Assembly (NCBI GenBank): GCA_001871115.1
Contig: MNUR01000126.1
Coordinates: forward strand, 10,057-74,056
Source of the DNA: Elusimicrobia bacterium CG1_02_56_21
GTDB taxonomy: Bacteria; Elusimicrobiota; Elusimicrobia; Elusimicrobiales; UBA9959
Direction of reading: 5' to 3'
Length of the DNA: 64,000 nucleotides
Positions 19,118 through 28,467 of the stretch are shown in pieces; position 1 is the stretch's first letter; each line of letters starts with the position of its first letter. A program made the position numbers and the translations under genes. The notes under the pieces are model-generated. The model had not been told where the DNA came from. It saw only the letters and a program-made list of their open reading frames with translations, and ran no database searches.

Positions 19118-19648
19118 TTATTCCTCGTCTTCTACGTAGATGGAGCCGTTCATATAGCCGGAGCCGCTCAGGGAAACGAAGTTGGAGCTGGGCCAGCCTG
19201 AAACCGAGATGGAGCCGCTCATATTGGTCGATCCAACGGGTTTCCCGTTGCGGTAGAACTGCACGTACACATTGGGCCAGACCGTCTGGTAGACGTGCTG
19301 GTTGGGGTAGATCCACATTGAAGCGTTCACGTTCAGGTAGCTGTTATTGCTGGTTACCTTGCCGGAGGAGTCCCTGAAGTTGGCCCAGCCGGTCAGCGTT
19401 ACGCTGGTGAAGCCGCCTGTGGTTCCGGGAACCCAGCCGTTGCCGTTAAGGTTGACGTAGCCGGAAACCTGCACATAATGTCCGGCTTTGGCCCTGACGG
19501 GCTTCGCCGCGGGAACTTCCACAGCGGGAGCCGAGGCTATAGAATTGGCCTGTTTGAGGAACGCGGCGTCCGTAAAATTAAGGTTTTCAGCCGCGCTTGC
19601 GCTGGCCGCAAAAAGACCGCAGACCGCAGTTATGATAATTTTTTTCAT
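19118..19648 (-). CDS. secreted Ser/Thr/Asn/Gly-rich protein (unknown function)
   Basis: Signal peptide MKKIIITAVCGLFAASASA. Five N-x-S/T sequons by my count. 4-nt overlap with the upstream membrane-protein gene. Confidence 0.55.
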   Translation of the reverse strand: MKKIIITAVCGLFAASASAAENLNFTDAAFLKQANSIASAPAVEVPAAKPVRAKAGHYVQVSGYVNLNGNGWVPGTTGGFTSVTLTGWANFRDSSGKVTSNNSYLNVNASMWIYPNQHVYQTVWPNVYVQFYRNGKPVGSTNMSGSISVSGWPSSNFVSLSGSGYMNGSIYVEDEE

Positions 19649-20979
19649 TGTCCCCTCCGTTTAGTCCTTATATTATACCAAATAGCGCCCTCTTTAAACG
19701 GCCCTGTCCGCTGCCGGCGTATTTTTTTGCGCGCGCTCTCGTAAAGCAGGACCCACGGAACGGGGATGAAAAGGGCGAGCAGGGGCAGTATTTCAAGGCT
19801 GCGCCTGGGTTCCGTGCCTATCTCAACCAGGCAGTTGGCGAAAACCAGGTAGAGCAGGGAGGCCAGTATAAAAAGAGGCCCGGCTGACCTTAAAAAAAAG
19901 AGGCCGGCCGCTATTCCAAGCAGGGCAAGCTCCAGGAAATGGGCGTCTATGGACCCGGAAAAACGGCCCGGGAGCGCAGGCGTTCTTACCGACTCCGCGA
20001 AGTCCAGGAAGTTCTTCCTGGTGGCCCAGAGATACTGAAACGGGGCCGAGCGCAGGGTTTCATAACCCAGGCCGGCCGTCTGCCTGAGCGCTTCCAGGAA
20101 GCCTGTTTCCGGGTCTTTTGTCAGTTTCTCAAGGACGGCGCTTGCCGCGTTCTGGCCCGCTCCCCCGTTTTCTTTCAGCGCCTCAAGGTAAAGGGTTTTC
20201 GCCCTGGCATAGCCGGGGGCGGTCCAGTTTATCAGATGGCCGGAGGTCTGAAGGGAGGTTATTGCGCCCATGGGGGAAAGCGTGAAAAAATTAAACATCA
20301 GCAAATTGCGCAGCATCCACAGCAAAACCATGCCGGCAAAAGGTCCGGCTGCGGATAACAGGTACCGGGTTTTCATTTTTTTAAAGCTGTAAAAGATCAG
20401 CGGTACGGCCAGGTAGAGGCCGAACTCCGGCCTGCAGAGCGCGGCCGCCCCGCCGGCGGCCGAGGCTGCCAAAAGCCCTGCACGGGAGGGTTTGGCCTTC
20501 AGAAATTCTGTCAGGAAGAGAAGTATTGAGACTCCGGACAGCAGCAGGAACAAAGTTTCGCTCTGGATTTCATTCTCGAAGGCGAAGATCCTGGGGTGGA
20601 ACGCTATCAGCCAGCCTGTGACAAAGGCCGCCGCGCCGCTCTTCCAGAGCTTCAGGGAGATCAGCATAAAAGCCAGCGCCGTCAGTACTCCCGCAGCGCG
20701 CTGCAGCAGGGTTACCTGCCGGAGGCTGCCGCTCCCGAATCTTAAAACGGCAGCAAGCGCGACCGGATATGCCGGCGTGCGGCGGAGCGTCTCGACGCCT
20801 CTGTAAGTTCCCTCTCGGGCCAGTTCTTCGGCCGGCTGCAGATAAGAGGAGCTGCGCTCGTCGGTTACAGGCTGTTCGGCCTGCCAGGCCGGGGCCCTGA
20901 AAAGGGCGGCGCCAAGCAGGATAAGGAAAGGCCAGTATTTGAGCAGCTTCTTTGTTTTGTGATCAGCGGTCTTTTTCAA
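19645..20979 (-). CDS. polytopic membrane protein, GT-C (ArnT/PMT)-like glycosyltransferase candidate
   Basis: 444 aa with many TM helices. Architecture resembles the N-terminal half of the next gene. The assignment is by resemblance only. Confidence 0.45.
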   Translation of the reverse strand: MKKTADHKTKKLLKYWPFLILLGAALFRAPAWQAEQPVTDERSSSYLQPAEELAREGTYRGVETLRRTPAYPVALAAVLRFGSGSLRQVTLLQRAAGVLTALAFMLISLKLWKSGAAAFVTGWLIAFHPRIFAFENEIQSETLFLLLSGVSILLFLTEFLKAKPSRAGLLAASAAGGAAALCRPEFGLYLAVPLIFYSFKKMKTRYLLSAAGPFAGMVLLWMLRNLLMFNFFTLSPMGAITSLQTSGHLINWTAPGYARAKTLYLEALKENGGAGQNAASAVLEKLTKDPETGFLEALRQTAGLGYETLRSAPFQYLWATRKNFLDFAESVRTPALPGRFSGSIDAHFLELALLGIAAGLFFLRSAGPLFILASLLYLVFANCLVEIGTEPRRSLEILPLLALFIPVPWVLLYESARKKIRRQRTGPFKEGAIWYNIRTKRRGQ

Positions 20980-23566
20980 TTTCTTTCCTTACCCGGTCTT
21001 TTTCTCCCGGCGGCAGGGCGGGGTTCTCCAGCGCGCTTCTGTAAAAAAAGGCGCTTTTGCGGAGATCCCCTCTGCGGGCGTAGAGCGCAGCAAGGTTCAG
21101 GACGGGGGAAACCGCCGTGTTGTCTCCCTCCCGCGCCTTGAGCAGGGCTGTTTCCGCTTCTTCGCCGCGGCCCATGAACATGAGAAGGACGCCGAGGCTG
21201 TTGTTCAGTTCGCCGCTGCGCGGTTCTTTTAAGAGCAGCTCCCGGGTGAGGAGCAGGCTTTTTTCATAAAGGCCCAGGTTCTGGTAAAGAAGGGCGAGCT
21301 CTTTTCTCCCCTCGTCGGGAATAATGCCCGACTTGCCGGAGTAATCTGCCAGTAACCCCGCTTTTTTGCGCGTGTCCTCCGAATCCGCCAGCAGCCTGGC
21401 TGCGGCAAGCATCAAAGAGGGAGAGCGGTCGAAGGCCCGCGCTATGGCCGGCAGCACCGCTTCGCCCGCAGGTCCCCTGAGGGCGAGGTAGGCGGTCAGG
21501 GGATAAAGAGGATTATTCCTGCTCCTGCCGGAGATCTTAAGCGCGGTCCCGGAGAGTTTCTCCGGAGTTGCGGAGTTGAGATAAAGGTTCACTATATTGC
21601 CGGTGGACGGGCCGCTTTCAAGCAGGAATTTCTCCAGCTCACCTGTATTGGAGGCTTTGTTCAGCGCCGCAAAAAGAGCGTCCGGTCTTGCAGGCAGTCC
21701 TTTGGCTTCAAAACCCCGGAGGTAAGGAGATTTTAGAATTTCCTTTAAGTAGGCCAGCGCCATATCATAATCCTGCGCTTCCTCTATTCCCCGGTCCGCC
21801 AGCGCGGAGGCGGCAGAGAGCCTTTCCAGTTCGGGCGTGATCCGCGTAATTCTCCCCAGGCGTTTGATGATCTCCGGGCGGGCCCCGGGCGGGAAATAGA
21901 AGAGGGCGGAATAGATGTCGGTGTTCCAGAGGCTTTTATTGGTTTCTATTATCCGTTCCAGGACCGGCTTGTCGGTTTTTTTAGGAATCCCCCGGATCAA
22001 ATTGCGTTCTTTGAGCCAGTACTGCCTGACCAGTTTAAAAGTTTTTTTGGCGTCGGCTGCCCGGCCCAGTTCAGTCTCGCGCAGCATCTTAACAAGCAGT
22101 AGCTCGTAATAGCCTATCGGTTCAGCCGGCGGGGCGGCGGGTTTGCCGGCTTTAAGGGCCGCCGTGATATAGCAGGGGCCGGGGGATTTTCCCAGCGCGC
22201 AAGCCTCTGAAACGGCTTCCAGTCCCCCGGCGGTAAGGTCAAAGGAAAGAAGGATCTTACCTTTTTCTTTTAAAAGCCAGGGCTCTGAGGGGTGCTTTTT
22301 TATTTCCGGCTCCAGGGCGATAAGCCCGGGCCTGGCGGAAGAGGGGTAGCGGTAGACGAAGCTCATTCCGTAAGCCGCTAGCAGCGCCGTAAGCAGGAAC
22401 AGCGGCATCGTGAAATAGTCCCGGCCCTCTTCTTCCGCGGCCAAGCCGGCTTTCTTTATTAGTTCCCAAACGCCTCCGGCCGCAATAAGGGCCAGGACGT
22501 ATTTGAGCGGATAGAAATAGCGCTCCTCAATTGAAAGAAGGCAGTGTATCAGGATGAAATAGCCGCAGAAAAAAGCCAGGAAGTTTTTTTCACGCGACCG
22601 TTTTAAAAAAAGCGCGAAGCCGGCCAGCAGGAAAAGATAAGGGAACATCAGGAAAACCTGCCGGATCCTTTCCACCACGGAGGCCGCGTAAACGTACGGA
22701 TGCGCAAGTACCGTTTTTATAGCCCAGGGATAAACGCTTTCGGTGCGCGAGAGGCCGGCGAAGGCCCGGGCGTCCCCTTCTATGGTGTAAACCATCCCCA
22801 TGGCGCCGGTTATTATATTACAGGTAGGGCGCTCCTGTTCAAGGAGGATAAGGCGGCCGAAAAGGCCGTGATTGAGGCGGGCCCACGGCGCCAGCGGGAG
22901 ATAGGCGCAGAGCAGGAAGAGCAGCGAGCCCAGCAGCCATTTTTTTCCGCCGGTCTTATTGTAAAAATAACCCGAGGCGGAAGCCAGGGGCGGGAAAAAG
23001 AAGAGCGGGGAGCGTATCAGAAGGGTAATGCCGGCGGCGGCGCCGCTGGCCGCTGAAATCAGCAGCCCCCGCCCGGACTGGCGCAGGAGTTCCAGGTTAA
23101 GGAAGAGCAGCAGGGCCAGGGAATACAGGGCCTGCTCCGTTTCATGCGTTTTATAACTGAGGCTTACCAGCGCGGCCGACAGCGCGAACAGCGCGCCGCG
23201 GGCCGGACCCCCGCCGCGGCTCCCCAGGCCGAAAGCGGCCAGGCAGAGCAGGAGCTCGGCGGCGCGGGCGGGCAGGGCGGGGTTGAAAGCGAGATGCCGC
23301 TGCGCCGCGCCCAGCAGGCTCAGCAGCGGCATGCTGTAGCTGACGGCGCGCGCGCGCACTCCGTGAATTATCATTTCACCCCTGTCGGAGTAGTCCAGGT
23401 TCTGGGCGAGGTTCGCCTGCCGGTGGGCAAACTGCCATCCGGCCGCCCCCGCGGCGAGCGCGGCCAGGACCCAGAAAAGCCAGTGCCGGCGCAGGTTTTT
23501 GGCCGGCTGCTTCAGGCTTCCGGGCCGCAGGCGGGAGAAAATACTGCTTTTCCCGGTATTCATCAT
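20963..23566 (-). CDS. polytopic membrane protein with C-terminal TPR repeats (GT-C-like candidate)
   Basis: 867 aa. The N-terminal part (about 420 aa) is multi-TM. The C-terminal part has TPR-like repeats, for example LALLYQNLGLYEKSLLLTRELL and LNLAALYARRGDLRKSAFFYRSAL. Confidence 0.55.
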   Translation of the reverse strand: MMNTGKSSIFSRLRPGSLKQPAKNLRRHWLFWVLAALAAGAAGWQFAHRQANLAQNLDYSDRGEMIIHGVRARAVSYSMPLLSLLGAAQRHLAFNPALPARAAELLLCLAAFGLGSRGGGPARGALFALSAALVSLSYKTHETEQALYSLALLLFLNLELLRQSGRGLLISAASGAAAGITLLIRSPLFFFPPLASASGYFYNKTGGKKWLLGSLLFLLCAYLPLAPWARLNHGLFGRLILLEQERPTCNIITGAMGMVYTIEGDARAFAGLSRTESVYPWAIKTVLAHPYVYAASVVERIRQVFLMFPYLFLLAGFALFLKRSREKNFLAFFCGYFILIHCLLSIEERYFYPLKYVLALIAAGGVWELIKKAGLAAEEEGRDYFTMPLFLLTALLAAYGMSFVYRYPSSARPGLIALEPEIKKHPSEPWLLKEKGKILLSFDLTAGGLEAVSEACALGKSPGPCYITAALKAGKPAAPPAEPIGYYELLLVKMLRETELGRAADAKKTFKLVRQYWLKERNLIRGIPKKTDKPVLERIIETNKSLWNTDIYSALFYFPPGARPEIIKRLGRITRITPELERLSAASALADRGIEEAQDYDMALAYLKEILKSPYLRGFEAKGLPARPDALFAALNKASNTGELEKFLLESGPSTGNIVNLYLNSATPEKLSGTALKISGRSRNNPLYPLTAYLALRGPAGEAVLPAIARAFDRSPSLMLAAARLLADSEDTRKKAGLLADYSGKSGIIPDEGRKELALLYQNLGLYEKSLLLTRELLLKEPRSGELNNSLGVLLMFMGRGEEAETALLKAREGDNTAVSPVLNLAALYARRGDLRKSAFFYRSALENPALPPGEKDRVRKEIEKDR

Positions 23567-23594
23567 AAGTTTTTTTTATTGTACTATATAATTT

Positions 23595-25691
23595 ATGGAA
23601 CGAATCACGGACCACCCCGTACTTCAGCCGGAGCCCCGCGGAAAGGTAAACTTTACTTTTGACGGAAAGAACTGCGAGGCCTTGGCGGGCGAGGTTATCT
23701 CCAGCGCCCTGTTCGCCAACGGCATCAAGATCTTCAGTTTTCACAGCAAGGACCACAGCCCGCAGGGGATCTTTTGCGCCAACGGGCAGTGCGCCCAATG
23801 TTCCGTCATCGCCGACGGGATCAGCGTTAAATCCTGCGTGACGCCCGTGCGGGAGGGAATGAAGGTTGAGACCCAGCGCGGGCCGGCCAGGCTGCCCCGG
23901 GCGGCCTGCGTGCAGGAATTCGGCAGGGTGGAAGAACTGGACCTCGACGTGCTTATAATAGGCGGCGGACCTTCGGGCCTGGCCGCCGCGGCGGAGCTGG
24001 GCAAGCTTAATGTCAGCACCCTGATCATCGACGATAAGGCGCGTTTCGGCGGCAAGCTGGTCCTGCAGACCCATAAATTTTTCGGCTCGGTGGAGGACTG
24101 CTACGCCGGGACCCGCGGGGTGGATATCGCAGAAAAACTTTCGGAGCAGCTAAAAGAGTATCCTTCGGTGCAGGCCTGGGCGGGAACCACCTGCCTGGCC
24201 GTGTTCTCGGATAAAAAAATAGGCGTTCTGCGCGGAGATTCATATTACCTCGTCCGCGCCAAGGCGGTAATAAGCGCAACCGGAGCCAGGGAGAAAAGCC
24301 TGGCTTTCCCCGGGAATACGCTGCCCGGGGTCTATGGCGCCGGAGCCTTTCAGACCCTGGTCAACCGTGACCTGGTCCGCCCGGCCAAACGCATCTTTAT
24401 CGTCGGCGGCGGCAATGTGGGCCTGATAGCCGCTTATCACGCGCTGCAGGCCGGAATCCGGGTGGTAGGCCTGGTGGAGGCGCAGGCGGAATGCGGCGGC
24501 TATAAAGTACACGCCGATAAAATAAAAAGGCTCGGCGTGCCTGTTCTTACCCGCCACACCGTTATCCGGGCGGACGGCGAGGGCGGCCTGGATACGGTCA
24601 CGGTCGCCGAAGTGGACGAGAAATTCAACCCGCGGCCCGGAACCTGCAAAACCTTTGAAGCCGATACCCTCCTTATCGCCGCGGGACTCAGTCCTGTTAA
24701 CGAGTTCCACGCGCAGGCCGTGGAGGCCGGAATGGAGGCCTTTATCTGCGGCGACGCCGAGGAAATAGCGGAGGCTTCGGCCGCCATGTTCAGCGGTAAA
24801 ATAACCGCCCATAAGGTCCTAAAGAGCCTCGGCGTTATGGCCGCGCCGGTGCCTCAGTTCTGGTTTGACCGCCTGCAGGTACTTAAATCCAGGCCGGGCG
24901 CTACCGGGACGCCCGGGCTTAAAAACCACTCAAGACCCGTTTACCCGGTGCTGCACTGCCGCCAGGAAATCCCTTGCAACCCTTGTGTCACCGTCTGCCC
25001 TAAAAAATCCATCAAACTGTCCGGCGAAAGCATTATGACCACCCCCCAGTTCATCGGAGACTGCATAGGCTGCTACAAGTGCCTGCTTATCTGCCCCGGG
25101 CTTGCCGTGACTATTGTGGATTACAGGAAAGATCCCGTGAACCCGTCCGTAGCTTTGCCTTTTGAAATAGGCCGCGGCCTGGTTAAAAAAGGAGACCTGG
25201 TCCGCCTTACCGGCTGGGAGGGAGCGGATCTCGGAGAAGCCGAGGTTCTGGATGTAAAAGATTTCAAGGCCGAGAATACCCTGATAGTAATAGTAAAAGC
25301 AGCCCCGGGCATCGCCGATCTGGCGGTATCCCTTAAACTTTATCCGGCCGAGGCCGGGGAAGTTCCCTCCGAAGAGCTTTCAAAGGCGGAGGATGAGACC
25401 ATTATCTGCCGCTGCGAGCGGGTGAGCCTGGGAGAAGTGCGCCGGGCGATCCGCTCCGGGATGCGGGACCTGAACCAGCTGAAAGCTGTCACGCGCGCCG
25501 GCATGGGCGCCTGCGGCTCAAAGACCTGTTCCGCAATGCTGCTCAACGTTTTCAGGAGCGAGGGGATAGACCTTAAAGAGGTCACCGCCTTCACAAAAAG
25601 GCCGCTGTTCGTGGAGGCCCCGCTGGGAGTTTTTTCGGGCGTTAAATGCAGTTCAAAGTCCGAAGAAAAAACCAGGTGGAGCGGTTTTTAA
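23595..25691 (+). CDS. fused Fe-S flavoprotein: [2Fe-2S] domain, FAD/NAD(P) oxidoreductase, 2x[4Fe-4S]-like region and BFD-like [2Fe-2S] domain
   Basis: Plant-type spacing in CANGQCAQC...C. Dinucleotide folds VLIIGGGPSGLAAA and IFIVGGGNVGLIAA. Ferredoxin-like motifs CRQEIPCNPCVTVCP and CIGCYKCLLICP. BFD-like CRCERV...CGSKTC. Confidence 0.75.
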   Translation: MERITDHPVLQPEPRGKVNFTFDGKNCEALAGEVISSALFANGIKIFSFHSKDHSPQGIFCANGQCAQCSVIADGISVKSCVTPVREGMKVETQRGPARLPRAACVQEFGRVEELDLDVLIIGGGPSGLAAAAELGKLNVSTLIIDDKARFGGKLVLQTHKFFGSVEDCYAGTRGVDIAEKLSEQLKEYPSVQAWAGTTCLAVFSDKKIGVLRGDSYYLVRAKAVISATGAREKSLAFPGNTLPGVYGAGAFQTLVNRDLVRPAKRIFIVGGGNVGLIAAYHALQAGIRVVGLVEAQAECGGYKVHADKIKRLGVPVLTRHTVIRADGEGGLDTVTVAEVDEKFNPRPGTCKTFEADTLLIAAGLSPVNEFHAQAVEAGMEAFICGDAEEIAEASAAMFSGKITAHKVLKSLGVMAAPVPQFWFDRLQVLKSRPGATGTPGLKNHSRPVYPVLHCRQEIPCNPCVTVCPKKSIKLSGESIMTTPQFIGDCIGCYKCLLICPGLAVTIVDYRKDPVNPSVALPFEIGRGLVKKGDLVRLTGWEGADLGEAEVLDVKDFKAENTLIVIVKAAPGIADLAVSLKLYPAEAGEVPSEELSKAEDETIICRCERVSLGEVRRAIRSGMRDLNQLKAVTRAGMGACGSKTCSAMLLNVFRSEGIDLKEVTAFTKRPLFVEAPLGVFSGVKCSSKSEEKTRWSGF

Positions 25692-25696
25692 ATATA

Positions 25697-25793
25697 GAAG
25701 ACCAGAGGAATGGAGGAATAGAGGACTGGAAGACTCTTTTTTAAATCCGGCTGTCTCCTACTAATCTTCCAATCCTCCAGTCCTCTGGTTTTC
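25697..25793 (+). repeat. GGAGGA/GGAAGAC hairpin repeat, copy 1
   Basis: Left arm GAAGACCAGAGGAATGGAGGAAT pairs with right arm AATCCTCCAGTCCTCTGGTTTTC. By hand alignment this is 23 positions with 2 mismatches and 1 G:U. Confidence 0.6.
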
Positions 25794-25839
25794 TGAAATC
25801 AGCAATTTAATTCATTATGTTTAACTGTCCGGGAAAATC

Positions 25840-26994
25840 ATGTCTGAAACATTCGACGTTATTATTATAGGCGCCGGGAGCATCGGGACCCCGCTGGCGA
25901 TGTCGCTGGCCAAGAGGAATCTCAGGACCCTGGTCCTGGATAAAGAGGCCTCCCCCGGCCAGGGCCAGAACAAGCGCGCTATAGGCGGCGTGCGCGCCAC
26001 GCATTCCGACGGGTCTAAAATAAAGGCCTGTCTGAGGAGCCTTGAAATCTTTTCCACCTGGCAGGCTAAGCACGGCGACGAGATAGGCTGGATAAGGGGC
26101 GGTTACCTTTTCCCGGTTTATATGGAGCATGACGAAGCCGTGCTTAAAGAACTGCTCAAGGTGCAGCGCGGTTTCGGCCTGGAGATAGACTGGGCCGGTC
26201 CGGACAAGGTCCGGGAGCTGGTTCCCGGGATTGACGGAAAGAACCTGCGGGGCGGGACCTGGGCGCCCGGGGACGGCTCCGCTTCCCCGCTTCTGAGCGC
26301 GAACGCTTTTTACCGCGAGGCTTTAAAGCTCGGCGCCGAATTCCATTTTAAAGAGACCGTCAAAGAGATCCTTTCCGGGGGCGGACTTATAAAGGGCGTA
26401 GCGACCGATAGCGGGAGCTATTTTTCCAAATGGGTGGTTAACGCCGCGGGCGCCGAAGCGGCCGCCGTTTCGGAGCAGGCGGGAGTAAAAGTGCCTGTGA
26501 ACCCGGACTGCCATGAAGCCGGCATAACAGAACCGGCGCAGAGGTTTTTTGAGCCTATGGTGGTGGACATACGCCCGGGGGACAAATCCAAGAACTATTA
26601 TTTTTATCAGAACCGGGAGGGCCAGATAATTTTCTGCCTGACGCCGCAGCCTCCTTTCTGGGGCGATGACAGGCGCTCCACTTCTGAATTCCTGCCGGAG
26701 GTCTCCCGCCGCATGGTCTCCCTGATGCCGGGTTTGGCAAGTCTCAAGGTGCGGCGCACCTGGCGCGGGCTGTACCCTATGACGCCCGACGGTTTCCCCG
26801 TGGTGGACTTCCCGGAGAGCCTGAAAGGCTATGTTCTGGCCGTAGGGATGTGCGGGCAGGGCTTTATGCTGGGACCGGGCCTCGGGGAAGCGGTGGCGGC
26901 GCATATAGCCGGCTCCCCCTCTCCCGAGGACAGGGAGATCCTGGCCGGGTTTAAGCTGAGCCGCAGTTTCTCGGGCCAGGAAAAATTAAAGTAG
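25840..26994 (+). CDS. FAD-dependent oxidoreductase (DAO family; sarcosine oxidase beta / HcnC / OoxB-like)
   Basis: N-terminal FDVIIIGAGSIGTPLA dinucleotide fold. 384 aa. Follows the fused Fe-S flavoprotein on the same strand. Confidence 0.8.
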   Translation: MSETFDVIIIGAGSIGTPLAMSLAKRNLRTLVLDKEASPGQGQNKRAIGGVRATHSDGSKIKACLRSLEIFSTWQAKHGDEIGWIRGGYLFPVYMEHDEAVLKELLKVQRGFGLEIDWAGPDKVRELVPGIDGKNLRGGTWAPGDGSASPLLSANAFYREALKLGAEFHFKETVKEILSGGGLIKGVATDSGSYFSKWVVNAAGAEAAAVSEQAGVKVPVNPDCHEAGITEPAQRFFEPMVVDIRPGDKSKNYYFYQNREGQIIFCLTPQPPFWGDDRRSTSEFLPEVSRRMVSLMPGLASLKVRRTWRGLYPMTPDGFPVVDFPESLKGYVLAVGMCGQGFMLGPGLGEAVAAHIAGSPSPEDREILAGFKLSRSFSGQEKLK

Positions 26995-27050
26995 AGGACC
27001 GGAGGATTGGAAGACCGGAGGACTAGCCATAAGGTCTTACTATCCTTTTT
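26993..27050 (+). repeat. GGAGGA/GGAAGAC repeat, copy 2 (short hairpin plus T-run)
   Basis: AGAGGACCGGAGGATTGGAAGACCGGAGGAC starts inside the TAG stop codon. AGGATTGGAAGACC (27003-27016) pairs with GGTCTTACTATCCT (27033-27046), followed by T5. Confidence 0.5.
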
Positions 27051-27113
27051 GCCCAGTACCCGCCTTGTATCTGTCTGAATTCCTTGCAGATTATCCTCAT
27101 AAAACTTACCAAT

Positions 27114-27122
27114 TGGTAGAAT
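27114..27122 (+). promoter_or_regulatory. candidate extended -10 element (TGGTAGAAT) upstream of the TolC-MacAB operon
   Basis: TGGTAGAAT read at 27114-27122, 70 nt upstream of the ATG at 27192. The same TGNTAGAAT form recurs at 39023, 45050 and 59631. Confidence 0.35.
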
Positions 27123-27191
27123 ATCCGCAATAAAATCCGGGCCTGGTGCGTTGTACTTTGGAGCACGGAAGAAGCAGACGCTAAATAATAT

Positions 27192-28457
27192 ATGACCTTT
27201 AATAAAAAACTCCTCATATTGCCCATGATCCTGCTCCTGGCCGGCCGGGCTGCCGCGCAGCAGGAGCTTTCCCTTTCCTGGGAAGATGCCAGGCAGCTGG
27301 CTATAAAGAATAATCCATCGGTCAGGGCGGCGCGGGCCTCTATGGAGCAGGCCGGCTACAACTATCTGGCCGGTCTTAATTCCTATATGCCTTCGCTGGG
27401 CATTTCGCACGGGGTTTCAAGGCGCGGCGGGGACAATTCTTCCCCTTCCACGGGCTGGAGCGCCTCCCTCTCGGTTTCGGAGGAGCTGCTTAATATGAAG
27501 ACGGTGTCCAGCGTCAGAAGCAGCCGCATCGCCAGGGAAAAATCCGAGGCGGACTACATGGCGGCTTCGGCCTCGGTCAGGCAGACCCTGGCCTCGGCAT
27601 TCGCCGACCTGCTGTTCGCGCAGAAAAGAGTGGAGGTACAGAAGAAGATACTTGTTATAAGGGTGGATAATTCCAGGCTTCTGCGCCTGAAGTATGAAAG
27701 CGGGCTGGAGTCCAAGGGCAACGCTCTTTATACCGAGGCCCTGGCCGAGAACGCCGCAGTTTCGGTCAAGAAAGCCGAGCGCCAGGTTGTGGCGGCGCAG
27801 CGCGCGCTGCTCCAGGCTATAGGCCTGGAAGGGACCGCGTCGGTGACTGCGAAAGGCGATCTCAGCGTTCCGGCTTTCGAACTGGCCGAGGCCGGAGTCG
27901 GCCGGGCTCTTGAGCGCTCCCCCCGTATAGTTTCAGCCAAAAAGAGCCTGGAATCCGCTAAAGAGAGGGCCAGTTCCGCGCTTTATTCCGCTTATCCCAC
28001 GCTTAAGGCCAGCCAGTCCTACGGCTGGAGCGGCGATACCGAATTTCCCCGGACAGGAAGCTGGTCTCTCGGGCTGAGCCTGAGCTTTCCTGTCTTCTCC
28101 GGAGGCCCAACCTATTATTTCAATACTCTTTCAGCGGCCAAGAAATCCCTGATAGCCGCCGAGGAGAACTACCGGGCCGAGAGGCTCTCGCTGGCGGCCT
28201 CGCTGCGCTCGGGCTACGACGACTACCTTAACGCCGCGGAAACCGCCCTGGCCACCGTATCTTTGCTGAGGGCCAACGAGGAGCGCTATAAAGAAGCCCA
28301 GATAAAGTATATGGCCGGGAAAATAAGTTTTTTAGACCTGGCCAGCGTGGAGCAGAATTTTGTGGATTCGGACCTGGGCCAGCTGGACAATGCCCGCTCG
28401 GCACATAGCCGCAAGCTGGCGCTGGAGCAGCTGCTGGGAGTGGGAGTAGAGGAATAA
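27192..28457 (+). CDS. TolC-family outer membrane efflux protein
   Basis: 421 aa with a signal peptide and two-fold repeated coiled/beta OEP architecture (ALYTEAL..., SLIAAEENYRAERL...). First gene of the efflux operon. Confidence 0.8.
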   Translation: MTFNKKLLILPMILLLAGRAAAQQELSLSWEDARQLAIKNNPSVRAARASMEQAGYNYLAGLNSYMPSLGISHGVSRRGGDNSSPSTGWSASLSVSEELLNMKTVSSVRSSRIAREKSEADYMAASASVRQTLASAFADLLFAQKRVEVQKKILVIRVDNSRLLRLKYESGLESKGNALYTEALAENAAVSVKKAERQVVAAQRALLQAIGLEGTASVTAKGDLSVPAFELAEAGVGRALERSPRIVSAKKSLESAKERASSALYSAYPTLKASQSYGWSGDTEFPRTGSWSLGLSLSFPVFSGGPTYYFNTLSAAKKSLIAAEENYRAERLSLAASLRSGYDDYLNAAETALATVSLLRANEERYKEAQIKYMAGKISFLDLASVEQNFVDSDLGQLDNARSAHSRKLALEQLLGVGVEE

Positions 28458-28467
28458 GGTAAAAGCT

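Noticed and set aside
23581-23597. TATAAT at 23587-23592, only 2 nt before the ATG of the fused flavoprotein gene (possible leaderless start). A similar TATAAT lies at 52039-52044, 7 nt before the ATG at 52052.
   Set aside because: At 23587 the geometry puts the start site inside the ORF. TACTAT at 23583-23588 could serve instead, but that is guesswork. At 52039 the downstream ATG at 52121 with a GGAGG SD is the better start, which makes this an ordinary promoter with a ~70-nt leader. Both are noted but not annotated as features.
27040-27191. ACGGAAGAAGCAGAC at about 27166 resembles the GGAAGGAAGCAGC core of SRP (4.5S) RNA
   Set aside because: The flanks are AT-rich and lack the complementary strand and conserved GNAR-loop helix needed for SRP RNA domain IV. 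The similarity is a short chance match.
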